A stretch of 64,000 nucleotides of DNA from Desulforhopalus sp. (GTDB lineage Bacteria > Desulfobacterota > Desulfobulbia > Desulfobulbales > Desulfocapsaceae): contig JAOTRX010000004.1 of the NCBI GenBank assembly GCA_030247675.1, positions 114,910 through 178,909 on the forward strand. Reading direction: 5' to 3'. The position numbers and the translations under genes were made by a program. Of the stretch, positions 20,541 to 30,280 are shown piece by piece. How positions within the stretch are numbered: the first letter of the stretch is position 1; each line of letters begins with the position of its first letter. A model generated the notes under the pieces. It saw nothing but the letters and a program-made list of their open reading frames with translations, ran no database searches and was not told where the DNA came from.

Positions 20541-21122
20541 ATGAAGACTTACATCCAAATACTCCTGCTTTTTTTTGTTCTGTCAGCACAGGCCTCGGCA
20601 GAAATGTATACCTGGGTAGATGAAAACGGTAAAACTCAGTTTAGCAATACCATTCCGCCGCCTGGTACCAAGGCCGAAACGATAAAAGATGATACCAATA
20701 TAACTGCCAGCAGCAAACCGAGAGAAACAAGACCGAAGGAGAAAGACATTAGGCAAAGGTATGATCAATCCATCGCAACTATAGAGCGCAACCACCAAAA
20801 GGCTCTTGATAGAATTGAAAACGATCGAATTGAAGGTGAAAGACAAGAGTTGGCGGGGGAAAGAAGGTCCCTCGATTCCAAGAAAAAACGATGGCTTGAG
20901 CGATGTGAAAAAGAGACTGACGGATACGTTAATGAATCAGATTGCAGAGACCATGTAAATGAAAGGTTTGACGTAGTGTTTGGTATGATTTCCAGAACAC
21001 CGAAATATTATCTCGACCATCGCCATTCCATAGATGGTGAGACAGACAAGTTGTTAAAGGCATTCCTGAAGAAAAAACAATCAAAGAACAGGCATTCGCA
21101 TTTAATGCATAGTTCAAGATAA
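20541..21122 (+). CDS. Exported DUF4124-like protein
   Basis: Signal peptide then AEMYTWVDENGKTQFSNTIPP (DUF4124-type start); AT-richer than its neighbours. Confidence 0.7.
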   Translation: MKTYIQILLLFFVLSAQASAEMYTWVDENGKTQFSNTIPPPGTKAETIKDDTNITASSKPRETRPKEKDIRQRYDQSIATIERNHQKALDRIENDRIEGERQELAGERRSLDSKKKRWLERCEKETDGYVNESDCRDHVNERFDVVFGMISRTPKYYLDHRHSIDGETDKLLKAFLKKKQSKNRHSHLMHSSR

Positions 21123-21450
21123 TTCACCGGGTTGCATTAATTAAATGAGGTCAGAGAAGAAAATAAATTTTCCAGAAATTGCTAAAAATAGTGCAATTCA
21201 AGCCATATCTAATTTTCTTCAAGCAGAAAAAAATAGGCCTCAGTCAATCGACCGTATCTCAGCCAGTCTTTTCAAGTTTCTGAAGGTTTAGGACCAAGGT
21301 TGCTCCCGTTGGCGCAAATCAACGCACGGGCACATTTAAGGTTCAGTTTGTGGGCCATGTCTGCAATTTTGACAACTCTGGCCAGTGCCGCAACATGGGG
21401 GTGCCGCATAAGGGTAAGGTCCAGTCGCCTGGACGAAAATGCGGCGCCGA

Positions 21451-21489
21451 TCCTACGGCAACCGGCATGGGCCGCCGGTTGCCGTAGGA
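21451..21489 (-). terminator. Hairpin immediately after the MoSto-like gene
   Basis: TCCTACGGCAACCGG...CCGGTTGCCGTAGGA, 15-bp perfect arms. Confidence 0.6.
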
Positions 21490-21491
21490 GT

Positions 21492-22322
21492 TTACTGTTT
21501 GTAGATAAAGGTACCGACGTGTTCGCCGTTCAGGGCGCGGGTGATGTTACCTTCGACCATGCCGTTAATGACCTGCACTTTCTCGATAACCTCGCTGTTT
21601 TGCATGATTTCCAGGCAGGGCCGCTCAATGACCAGATCGTCCTGTTCGAGATCAAGGAGGTCCTGGGCGCCGATCTCCGGGATAAATTTGGCGTCGGGGT
21701 TCTTCTTCGGGTCGTCAGTGTACAGCCCGTCTTCATCCTTCACGAAGATGATGTTCCGCGAACCGATCAAGTCGGCAAGGATGACCAGACCGACATCGGT
21801 GCGGTGGATGGGAATTCTCCCCACCTTTGGCTTGATGGCGAAGTAGTCATAGGGCGGCATGCCGTGCATGACCGGGATTATATTCTCGGCGAAATAGGTC
21901 GGCAGTTTGACGATGTCCGAGTGAGAGATCTTGATGCCGCCCCATGGGGACAACAGGGTGGCGATCATCAGGGCGTTCTGCTCGGAGACCATGCTGCCGA
22001 ACTTGGCGATAACACCGGTGGGCATGCCCATTTCCAGGCCGATGGTATAGATGTGCCGGCTGCGTGTGCCGCCGCCAGTGGTGAGCAGCAGCTTGTGGTC
22101 ATGGCGGTTTCTGACGATTTCCTTTAGTATGGCGGGAAGCGCCTTGACACCGCGGTCGCAGATCGACTGGCCGCCGATCTTCATGATGGCGATATCCGGA
22201 TAAAGCCGCTCCTGCGGCGCGATGGCCAGCTGCTCGATAAATTCCTTGCTGACCAGACTTTCGCCCATCAGGGCGCTCTTCACATGCAGCCTCTTGCCAT
22301 CCTTTTCACGCACCAGTGCCAT
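21492..22322 (-). CDS. Molybdenum storage protein-like subunit (amino-acid-kinase/UMP-kinase fold)
   Basis: IMKIGGQSICDRG, HKLLLTTGGGTRSRHIY, GMPPYD, PIHRTDVG, FVKDEDGLYTDDPK resemble Azotobacter MosA/MosB. Confidence 0.75.
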   Translation of the reverse strand: MALVREKDGKRLHVKSALMGESLVSKEFIEQLAIAPQERLYPDIAIMKIGGQSICDRGVKALPAILKEIVRNRHDHKLLLTTGGGTRSRHIYTIGLEMGMPTGVIAKFGSMVSEQNALMIATLLSPWGGIKISHSDIVKLPTYFAENIIPVMHGMPPYDYFAIKPKVGRIPIHRTDVGLVILADLIGSRNIIFVKDEDGLYTDDPKKNPDAKFIPEIGAQDLLDLEQDDLVIERPCLEIMQNSEVIEKVQVINGMVEGNITRALNGEHVGTFIYKQ

Positions 22323-22451
22323 GGTTTTGTTTCCTCGCTAAGTTGTTGAAAATAGGTAACAGCTCGTTTCTGCCCGGGCGCAGCTATCCGCAGACAGCGC
22401 GCAGCAGGGGCATGCCTCGCCCCGGCGCGCCGCTTGATGATTATTGCTGTC

Positions 22452-22649
22452 TTATTGATGCTTGTCGCCCCGTTTCAAGGCCACAAGATCGGCGCCGACC
22501 GCCTTGGCTATCTGTTCCAGCTCGGTCTTGCGCAGATGCTGGCCATAGACTTTCAGGTCAACTCCGCAGACTGCGACGATACGGTACTGCGGGGTTTTGG
22601 CGCCTTCCTTGGCTTTTTGTCGTGATCGGTAAAATATTTGTCCTTTCAT
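22452..22649 (-). CDS. Small basic hypothetical protein (65 aa) upstream of the MoSto-like gene
   Basis: Strong RBS GGAGGA before the ATG; co-oriented, 130 bp upstream of the MoSto-like gene. Confidence 0.65.
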   Translation of the reverse strand: MKGQIFYRSRQKAKEGAKTPQYRIVAVCGVDLKVYGQHLRKTELEQIAKAVGADLVALKRGDKHQ

Positions 22650-22696
22650 AGTTTTCCTCCTTGATGGATGTGGTTTTATCTGCACGTCATCCGGCT

Positions 22697-22725
22697 AGTA
22701 TATGACCGTACGGGTCAGATGGCAA
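22697..22725 (-). promoter_or_regulatory. Sigma-70 promoter with a palindrome in the spacer
   Basis: Minus strand TTGCCA-N17-TATACT; the spacer holds TGACC-N5-GGTCA. Confidence 0.65.
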
Positions 22726-22857
22726 GTTGTGCAAATAATTGGAGGCAGAGTAAAAAAATATTACGCTGCATTCATAGGAGGGATAATTTTACTGCGACCT
22801 CAAAAAACGCATTTAATGACGTAAAAATGAATATTTATGCGGATTGTGAAAGATGTC

Positions 22858-22905
22858 GGGCATATGTTTCGTTTGAGCAGACAAGCTCTCAACTCAGCTT
22901 TAACA
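22858..22905 (+). repeat. Copy of the element upstream of the integron integrase (inverted partner at 50478-50526)
   Basis: GGGCATATGTTTCGTTTGAGCAGACAAGCT-CTCAACTCAGCTTTAACA vs reverse complement of 50478-50526; 44 of 49 positions identical by manual alignment. Confidence 0.8.
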
Positions 22906-23200
22906 CAAAGCATGTTGGTGGCCCCTGCCACGTTTGATGTACAGCGCCACCCCGAGCGCAATCGCGAACGTGTTGAACGGATTAAAAGAGTCGTGAGCGG
23001 AGAGTACATCCCCTGCGGTCTGTTTGATATCTTTTACGGCAAGCTCGACAGGGACACTCAAAAGAATATCCCTCCTCTCTCCTGCTTCGAGTCCTACTAC
23101 CGCTGAATCTGTTATCGAGGTGTAGCTTCAAAAAGGCCTGTGGATTTCCGGAAGGCAAGTCCTCTGGCAGATCGGAAAAGAGCAATAATGGAAAAAGGCT

Positions 23201-23842
23201 TTATTTCTGTCGCGAATGGGCCAGCAGGAGATGAAATTGTCGAACTTGTTCTTCCACGCCGATTTCCTTGGCGATTATATCGAGCAATTCCTGATGGTTG
23301 TCGCGGTTTTTCCAGATATTCACGGCTTGTTGAAAAATGAACATGCCTACCGGTCCCATGACTTGGTTTAATACGGCACGGATCTCATCTGTTGAACCGG
23401 CGGTGGGAAGTGGTATCGACTTTTCATGAGGAGGCGCAGTCGTTGCATTGAGACCGGTCCTGCTGATGAGCATCCTGACGATGGTATCGAGATCGTTCTT
23501 GGCGCAACTCTGGTCGATGCCGAACGCGGCAATGCCGCTTTGCACTGTCTCGCTCTTTTGATCCACCAGGGCGATAATATTTTTCTTGTCGGTGATCTTG
23601 GTGGCGAGGTGCTGCAGGAATCGATACCCATCGGCAACGCCTGGAATTTTGAGTGCTGTGATAATTTTCTGAAATGTTGAAAGCTCCAGGACGGCGATGG
23701 CTTCTTTGCGACTTGCAACAACATGCAATTTCACGGTTGCGGCATGAGGGGCAAGCTTGGCTGCTAGCTGAGAGGCGAATGCTTCTTCAGGCGTGACGAC
23801 GAGAACATTCATTACCATGGGCAACTCCTGCAGGGAAAGCAA
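23201..23842 (-). CDS. Pseudo-receiver-domain protein with a C-terminal helical domain
   Basis: MNVLVV start; IITALKIPG where receivers have IITD(L/I)xMP; C-terminal VLNQVMGPVGMFI segment. Confidence 0.55.
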   Translation of the reverse strand: MLSLQELPMVMNVLVVTPEEAFASQLAAKLAPHAATVKLHVVASRKEAIAVLELSTFQKIITALKIPGVADGYRFLQHLATKITDKKNIIALVDQKSETVQSGIAAFGIDQSCAKNDLDTIVRMLISRTGLNATTAPPHEKSIPLPTAGSTDEIRAVLNQVMGPVGMFIFQQAVNIWKNRDNHQELLDIIAKEIGVEEQVRQFHLLLAHSRQK

Positions 23843-23872
23843 TATTGGAAGGTGCAGTTGAGGGTTCTCATA

Positions 23873-24685
23873 TCATTCGATGACTTTGCGGAGAATATTG
23901 TAGTCGGAGTCGACAACCGGTTTGAAGCCGGTAAGCTCCAATGCCTTGAGGACCTCGTCGTCCTTCTTTAATTTCTGAAGAGCCTGGCGGATGTTGTTTT
24001 TCAGTTGCAATGGCATGGTTTTGTTTACCGATATTGCCCAGTTGGGAATCCAGGCGGTTTCGACAACTTTTTTCAGGGAATTTGGCCGGATAAAATCATC
24101 GGCGACGTGGTAGGCGCCTTCCTGGATGAATCCGGCATCAACATCCCCCACGCTCACGGAAATTATAACATTTTCCTGACGATTATCCGCGGCTTCGACA
24201 AGTGACAGGTCATTCTTGACATCCATACCGAGTTCTTGCAGTGAGAGTTTCTGCGAGAGATACCCGCCGGCTGAGGTCTTGCCGACGATCATTACGGTTT
24301 TTCCACGTAAATCTGCAAGGTTGGTAATATTGGAGTCTGCTCTGGCAATGACCAGACCGCGAAATCGATCTCCTCCCTGGCCTTGTATGGCGGTAGCCAG
24401 GACCTCATGCTTCTCGGAGATGTTCACATAGACCAGCGGGTTTTCATAACCGATGTCAATGGTTCCCTTGAAGATCTGGTTTTCGTAGCTGCTAAAACTG
24501 TCGGTGAGAAGCAGCTTTACCGGTTGTTGCAGCTCCTGGCTAAGATAGTTGACCAATGGGCTTGTTATGGCCGTCAATTTTTCCGGAAAATATCTTGGCA
24601 GCATCGAGAAGACTAAGGGTTCGGCTGACGCAAACGTTGCCAGAAGTGTGCAGCAAAAGCACGAGACAATCAGTGTCTTTTTCAT
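23873..24685 (-). CDS. PhnD-like substrate-binding protein
   Basis: Signal peptide; FSMLPRY, FRGLVIARADS, KTSAGGYL, QENVIISV, WIPNWAI. Confidence 0.8.
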   Translation of the reverse strand: MKKTLIVSCFCCTLLATFASAEPLVFSMLPRYFPEKLTAITSPLVNYLSQELQQPVKLLLTDSFSSYENQIFKGTIDIGYENPLVYVNISEKHEVLATAIQGQGGDRFRGLVIARADSNITNLADLRGKTVMIVGKTSAGGYLSQKLSLQELGMDVKNDLSLVEAADNRQENVIISVSVGDVDAGFIQEGAYHVADDFIRPNSLKKVVETAWIPNWAISVNKTMPLQLKNNIRQALQKLKKDDEVLKALELTGFKPVVDSDYNILRKVIE

Positions 24686-24727
24686 GATTATTCCTGAAAT
24701 ATTTCGAGTTATTGGAGGCTTTGTCGT

Positions 24728-25621
24728 TTAGTTTTTGGCAAGTCCCGCTGCCATACGGACTACGTCGTATTCGCTATCTTGGGTAAGTGCAAAGGCGTCA
24801 ACCTTCATGGCCTTGAGAGCAGGTGCATCACGTCCCAGACGCTCGATGGCAGCGATGATTTTTTTCTTGTCGGCCTCGGGCATTTTTTTGCTGAGTGAAA
24901 GAGCCCAGTTTGGAAGCCATTCGGTTCGCTCCAGAACCCTGATCGACTCCACCGGGACAAATTCCTTCACCTGCGGGAGAGCCGCCTCCTGGATGAAACC
25001 CGCATCAACGTCTCCGTTGTAAACGGAAAAAATCACGTTTTCCTGTTTGTTCTCGGTAGCTTCTTCGACAACACAATCTTCCTGTAACCGAATGCCCTGT
25101 TTTGCCAAAGAATAGCTTTGCGATAAAAAACCGCCGGTACTTGATTGACTGACAATTGCAATCTTTTTGCCTTTCAAATCCTTGATCGAACGAATAGGGC
25201 TGTCTTTGCGCGTTATGATAATTCCGCGAAATCTGAAACCCTGGCCGCCTGTAGAGGCCATGGCCACCGCATCGTGGTAGGCGGCATGCATGACATAAAC
25301 ATATGGGTTTTCATAACCAATGTGGATGGCCCCGGCAGAGAGTTGCTGGCTGTATTGTGAAAAATCGGCAGTAAGAATCGGGGTGATTGTCAAGCCGGTT
25401 TCCTTGCTGAGATACTCGGCGAGCGGGGTTATACGTCGATGAATTTCCTCGGCTCCGAAAAGCGGTAACATGGACAGCCGATATTCTGCCGCGATAGAGG
25501 CAGCGGGGAATAACAGCTGTAAAATGAGTGCCGTCACCATGGCAAGAAGATGATAATTGTTCGGTGAAGTTCGTTGGGAAAGAGGCTCCGGGAGCCCAGC
25601 CGACAAAGGATGAATGTTCAT
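24728..25621 (-). CDS. PhnD-like substrate-binding protein
   Basis: LSMLPLF, FRGIIITRKDS, SSTGGFL, QENVIFSV, WLPNWAL; paralogous to its neighbour. Confidence 0.8.
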   Translation of the reverse strand: MNIHPLSAGLPEPLSQRTSPNNYHLLAMVTALILQLLFPAASIAAEYRLSMLPLFGAEEIHRRITPLAEYLSKETGLTITPILTADFSQYSQQLSAGAIHIGYENPYVYVMHAAYHDAVAMASTGGQGFRFRGIIITRKDSPIRSIKDLKGKKIAIVSQSSTGGFLSQSYSLAKQGIRLQEDCVVEEATENKQENVIFSVYNGDVDAGFIQEAALPQVKEFVPVESIRVLERTEWLPNWALSLSKKMPEADKKKIIAAIERLGRDAPALKAMKVDAFALTQDSEYDVVRMAAGLAKN

Positions 25622-26469
25622 TTGCCCAATCTCCCGATCATATACCTGATCGATTGTTGCATTCTTTTAAAGGCATTTGCCAGTTCGCGTATCTCTCTTG
25701 GTCCGCTGGGAACGATGTTGAGGTCCATTTCACCGAGACTTATCCGGTTGACCACCGATGTCACTTCTTCTAGCGGTTTGGTTATGGCTCGATTGAGGAA
25801 GAAAAACATGATGATGCCCAGGCAAAGGACAAGAAGGGAAAGGGAAATGGTGAGTGGCGATATCAGGGCATGGCGGATGGCCTCTTCAACTTCCGATACA
25901 TAAACACCGACATGTACTTCTCCGCCGGTTTCAGATACCGCCTGGACCTTGTCATATATCTTTTGTCCGCCGATACTCAGGGTGGCACTCGCTTCTTCTT
26001 TTCCTTGACGAAGTCGATTTGCAGTAAAGATATCAACGGGGAAACCAGATTCCTTTACTTTGCCGGCAAAGTGGCTATCAAAACGACTGAGTTCACTGAA
26101 GAAACCGCCAACAACGACTCCTTTGCCGTTAATGACCGCGGCATACGCAACTCCGGGTAGCTTACTGGTCGCTTTAGCTTCTTGATTGACCTGGAGATAA
26201 TCTCGCAATAGCAATGGCTTCTTAATGGCGCTGCGAAAGGCCGTGGTAATTGCTTGATTGCGCAAATCGATCTGGTTGTTGATGATGTCCGGAATGTACC
26301 GCAGGGTGAGGAACGAAAAGGTTCCGCATACTGTGAAAAAACCTAGAGTCATCGCCAGAAGCAGATACCCTCCAACGGGAATACCCTGTTGCATAAATGC
26401 AGTGATACTTGGAACCTTTGCTGGTTGTTTTCGGATGTTTTTTTTCTGTTCAGGTTCTGATTGCAGCAT
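25618..26469 (-). CDS. Membrane protein with periplasmic domain and terminal HAMP, no output domain
   Basis: Two TM segments; ITKPLEEVTSVVNRISLGEMDL...EIRELANAFKRM HAMP, ORF ends about 12 aa later. Confidence 0.8.
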   Translation of the reverse strand: MLQSEPEQKKNIRKQPAKVPSITAFMQQGIPVGGYLLLAMTLGFFTVCGTFSFLTLRYIPDIINNQIDLRNQAITTAFRSAIKKPLLLRDYLQVNQEAKATSKLPGVAYAAVINGKGVVVGGFFSELSRFDSHFAGKVKESGFPVDIFTANRLRQGKEEASATLSIGGQKIYDKVQAVSETGGEVHVGVYVSEVEEAIRHALISPLTISLSLLVLCLGIIMFFFLNRAITKPLEEVTSVVNRISLGEMDLNIVPSGPREIRELANAFKRMQQSIRYMIGRLGK

Positions 26470-27563
26470 AGCTTCCTCGTAGCAGATTTGGATTCATCAA
26501 ATATGTGTATTGAAAGGGAACATTCCCGGCGGAAATATTTCTATGGTCATTTGTTCGGGTGTCGCCTGTAATTTTCAGATGACTATATCGCAATATTTAT
26601 GCCATGTTCCTGGCAACGATTTTATTCAAGATGAGATCGTCAATACGATATTGAGAAAATTTCTTATCTTGTTTTCGTGGTGAAGTGATAATTGATAATG
26701 GAGTTATGTAACAATATGGTATTACAAAAAAATATTGATATTTTAAGATGTATTTAAAGGGGATCCTGCCAGCAACTTGGTGATATCTTGAATATATATT
26801 CAATAGACCTTCTGGAAATATATTTGGGCTGAAAAAGATATCTTCTACTGCAAAATAGATATGGATTATTTTCACTAACGAAAATAAGAAACATTTTCAC
26901 ATGGCGTCATTTATTCGAATTCATCCAAAAACTTAAATGGAGAGAAATTGTTGTATTATTGAGGTAACATGAAATCTAATAAATAAATTCCTAACATAAT
27001 TATTGGCATTTGCATTCCGCGGCAGTACGGCAATGTTGTGAATATGGGAAAGGCAACCGAGGAGGAACAAGAATCCGACCTTTGCCGGCGGTTTAGGCCT
27101 TTATGAAGTGGAGATATCGGCAGGGGGAAAAGGCTTGCTGCATCAAGATGGATGCGTTGCGCCAAGGGTAGGAAATGAAAGAATCCTGTATTTACCCGTA
27201 AATATTCGATCGCAAAGAAATTGCGGCACTGCAACACAAATGAAGCAGGAAGAACATTATAGGAGTGCCGGCAGCAATAGCCGGAAAAATGATTCTGGCA
27301 AGGTTGATGCCGGTGTTCGATGTCCATCCGAATCAGCTAACGAACTGCAAAAGACAGCTCAGGAAGATGCTTTTGCAAGATGGGGTTGATGAGCACAAAG
27401 CGATAATCAGCCGTTAAATGTATTCTGCCCGCATGAATCAATTTTAATCGTGATCAAAAATCGGAAATTGCTTAAAATTACTAAGAATGTTAATTGAATC
27501 GTTGAGACATGCCGGTTCTCGCCATCGGCTCAGTCACACCTAACTCCAAGGAACCAAGCTCCT

Positions 27564-28460
27564 ATGACAAGCCCGCAACTTGCAGGCGTGGAAGGCAAAC
27601 CGCGCCGAACCGAGGCCCTGAAAAGGCTCCTCCTCAATTTGTTTCTATTGACCATCGGCAGCGGCATCTTTGCCGTGGGTGTCAATGCCATCCTCGTTCC
27701 TCAAAAATTTATCAGCGGGGGCGTTATCGGTATTGCCCTCGTTCTCCATTACCTTGTTCCCGGGCTGTCCATCGGGCTGATGTATTTCCTGTTGAATATT
27801 CCCCTGATTTTACTCGGCTGGTTCAGCGTCAGCCGTAGTTTCGTGCTCTACAGTTGCTTTGGTATGGCAGTTTTCTCGCTGGCGACTGCCCTGATCGTGC
27901 CGCCGCCCATCCCCGTTGACAACCAGATCCTCGCGGCGATCCTTGCCGGGATCATCTGCGGTACGGGGGGCGGAATTATCCTGAGATCGCGGGGTTCGGT
28001 GGGCGGGATCGATATTCTGGCGGTCTTTCTCAACCGCAAATGGAGCTTTCGTATCGGCGCCACCACCTTCCTCGCCAACGCCCTGGTGCTGACCGGTGGC
28101 GGTTTTTGTTTCGGTGTCGAGCAGGCTTTATATTCTCTGGTCTCGGTGTACACCAGCAGCAAGGTCCTCGATTATGTGCTGACCGGTTTCAATCAGCGCA
28201 AATCGATTTTCATCATTTCCGACCACTCGCAGGAGATTGCCGATCAGATTCTCGGACGTCTGCACCGGGGGGTGACTTTCTTACAGGGAACGGGCGGCTA
28301 TTCCGGCAGTGAGAAGAAGGTGGTTTTCTGTATCATTACCATGATCGAACTGTCGCGGATGAAGGAACTGGTTTTCGATATCGACCCCAATGCCTTTGTG
28401 GTGGTCAACGATACCCTGGAGGTACTCGGGAAAAGGCATGGCCAGATCAATGCAAAATGA
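27564..28460 (+). CDS. YitT family membrane protein (with DUF2179)
   Basis: FISGGVIGIAL, LNIPLI, GSVGGIDILA, RGVTFLQGTGGYSG, IDPNAFVVV. Confidence 0.9.
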   Translation: MTSPQLAGVEGKPRRTEALKRLLLNLFLLTIGSGIFAVGVNAILVPQKFISGGVIGIALVLHYLVPGLSIGLMYFLLNIPLILLGWFSVSRSFVLYSCFGMAVFSLATALIVPPPIPVDNQILAAILAGIICGTGGGIILRSRGSVGGIDILAVFLNRKWSFRIGATTFLANALVLTGGGFCFGVEQALYSLVSVYTSSKVLDYVLTGFNQRKSIFIISDHSQEIADQILGRLHRGVTFLQGTGGYSGSEKKVVFCIITMIELSRMKELVFDIDPNAFVVVNDTLEVLGKRHGQINAK

Positions 28461-28673
28461 TCGGTATCGATCATTGCCCCCTTGGCTCGTCGGGATGCCA
28501 ACGACTTGCAAATCCATCGTCCGCCTGACTCTATCCGCCCTGAAGCCGCGATTGACAGGATTCTGTGTCGAAACAGGCGGCTCTATGCTACTATGCTTCT
28601 CTCGGGCGACAGGACGCAAAACCGGGGCTGTGATGCGCTCTCGGCTTATTTCTGGAGATATTGCGGATTGATA

Positions 28674-30263
28674 ATGCAGAAAATAGATCACAAAAATATA
28701 ATCTTGACTGGTTTCATGGGCACCGGCAAGACGACTGTGGGGAAGATGCTGGCTGCCAGGCTGGGCCGGGAATTTGTCGACACCGACAGTTTGATAGAGG
28801 CGCGCCAGGGCCGGACCATTCCGGAAATATTTAGAGAAGCCGGAGAAGTGGCCTTTCGGCAAATGGAAGCGGAGCTGGCGAGGGAGTTGGGGGCAAGAGA
28901 CGGTTTGATCGTTTCCACCGGCGGGCGTTTCATGCTCGACCCGGCCAATGTCAAGGCCCTGGCCCATACCGGCCGGGTGTTCTGCCTGGTCGCCACTCCG
29001 CAGGAGATATTGGCGAGGGTAAAAAAGGACAGCGCTCATCGCAGGCCCTTGCTGGAGGTCTCTGATCCGAGCCAACAGATAGTTGAGCTGCTTGAAGTGC
29101 GAAAGAGGGGGTATCAACGTTTTTTAAAAATCAAGACCACTGGCAAATCCCCTGAGGCAGTCACCGATGAGCTGCTGGATCTTCTGCAAAGGGCGCCTGA
29201 GCAGTTTGCGGTAGAGAATCCTGTCCAGCCTTATGCATGTGTCGTCGGCAATGGCATATTACCGTTTATCCGGCAATTGACCGGTGCCGACGGTATGGTC
29301 GTGGTTATCACCGACGCAAATGTCGGAAGACTGTATGGTCAAAGCTGCGGGAAAATCGACCGTATAATTACCATTCCCGAAGGGCGGCAGCATAAAACCA
29401 TGGCCACTGTTCAGGCCATATACGAGCAGCTCATCGATTTTGGCTTCGACAGATCCGGAACAATTGTGGCGCTTGGCGGAAGTGTTGTCGGGGACATTGC
29501 CGGTTTCGTGGCCGGCACCTATATGCGAGGGGTGGATTTTGTCCAATGCCCCACAAGCCTGCTGGCGATGGCCGACACCAGCATAGGTGACAAAACCGGC
29601 CTGGACTTGCCCCAGGGGAGGAACCTGATCGGAATTTTCAAGCAGCCGGCCATGGTTATCGCCGATGTCGCCACCCTGCGAAGTCTCCCGGCACGGGAGT
29701 TTTCCTCGGCAATGGCCGAGATAGTCAAACACGGCTTGCTCGCCGATTGTGGTCTTTTTGAAAAACTGGAAGGTGCTAACTGGCAGCAGGGATCAGATTT
29801 TCTTCAGGCCTTGCCGGCGTTACAGGCCCTTATCGCCCAAGCGATTCGGGTGAAAATTGCCATCGTCGAGGCAGACCCGTTTGCGCACGGCAAGCAATCG
29901 GTACTCAATCTCGGTCATAGCTTTGCCCATGCCATCGAACAGGTGAGCCGTCAGGACATCCGCCATGGTGAAGCCGTTGCCATGGGACTGATCGCAGCCA
30001 TCAACCTGTCGGTGCGGCTGGGATATTGTCAGCTGCCATTGCAGGAACGCGTCGAGGCCGTTTTTCGCAAGATAGGTTTGCCGACCCGTATACCCGGAGA
30101 TCTTTCTCCCGAGAGGATTTTCCAGGCCATGGGCAGCGACAAGAAGCGGCTTGCCGGATCTCTGCCCATTGTGCTTTTACGTGCTCTTGGGCAGCCGCTG
30201 GTCGCACGGAATATCGCCGATCAGGAGATTCTGGCAAGTCTCCAAGAGTTGGTCAACCATTGA
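28674..30263 (+). CDS. aroKB: Bifunctional shikimate kinase / 3-dehydroquinate synthase
   Basis: NIILTGFMGTGKTTVG, FVDTD, VSTGG, RPLL (AroK); ALGGSVVGDIAGF, PTSLLAM, EIVKHG, LNLGHSFAHAIE, HGEAVAMG (AroB). Confidence 0.9.
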   Translation: MQKIDHKNIILTGFMGTGKTTVGKMLAARLGREFVDTDSLIEARQGRTIPEIFREAGEVAFRQMEAELARELGARDGLIVSTGGRFMLDPANVKALAHTGRVFCLVATPQEILARVKKDSAHRRPLLEVSDPSQQIVELLEVRKRGYQRFLKIKTTGKSPEAVTDELLDLLQRAPEQFAVENPVQPYACVVGNGILPFIRQLTGADGMVVVITDANVGRLYGQSCGKIDRIITIPEGRQHKTMATVQAIYEQLIDFGFDRSGTIVALGGSVVGDIAGFVAGTYMRGVDFVQCPTSLLAMADTSIGDKTGLDLPQGRNLIGIFKQPAMVIADVATLRSLPAREFSSAMAEIVKHGLLADCGLFEKLEGANWQQGSDFLQALPALQALIAQAIRVKIAIVEADPFAHGKQSVLNLGHSFAHAIEQVSRQDIRHGEAVAMGLIAAINLSVRLGYCQLPLQERVEAVFRKIGLPTRIPGDLSPERIFQAMGSDKKRLAGSLPIVLLRALGQPLVARNIADQEILASLQELVNH

Positions 30264-30280
30264 CCTAAGATGTGAATAGT

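Noticed and set aside
21113-21145. AATTCACCGG after the DUF4124-like gene resembling the short-attC L'' box
   Set aside because: No matching right arm and no R''/R' boxes
27060-27130. GGCCTAAACC (minus strand) suggesting a c-di-GMP-I riboswitch
   Set aside because: The upstream GGCAAAC/GNRA P2 stem and GACGCAAAG junction are absent
26470-27560. 1.1-kb AT-rich gap as a hidden gene or ncRNA
   Set aside because: Only short motif-less ORFs, and no stable repeat or hairpin pattern that I could support
28600-28650. GGACGCAAAACC upstream of aroKB suggesting a c-di-GMP-I riboswitch
   Set aside because: No P2 hairpin or GGCAAAC element precedes it
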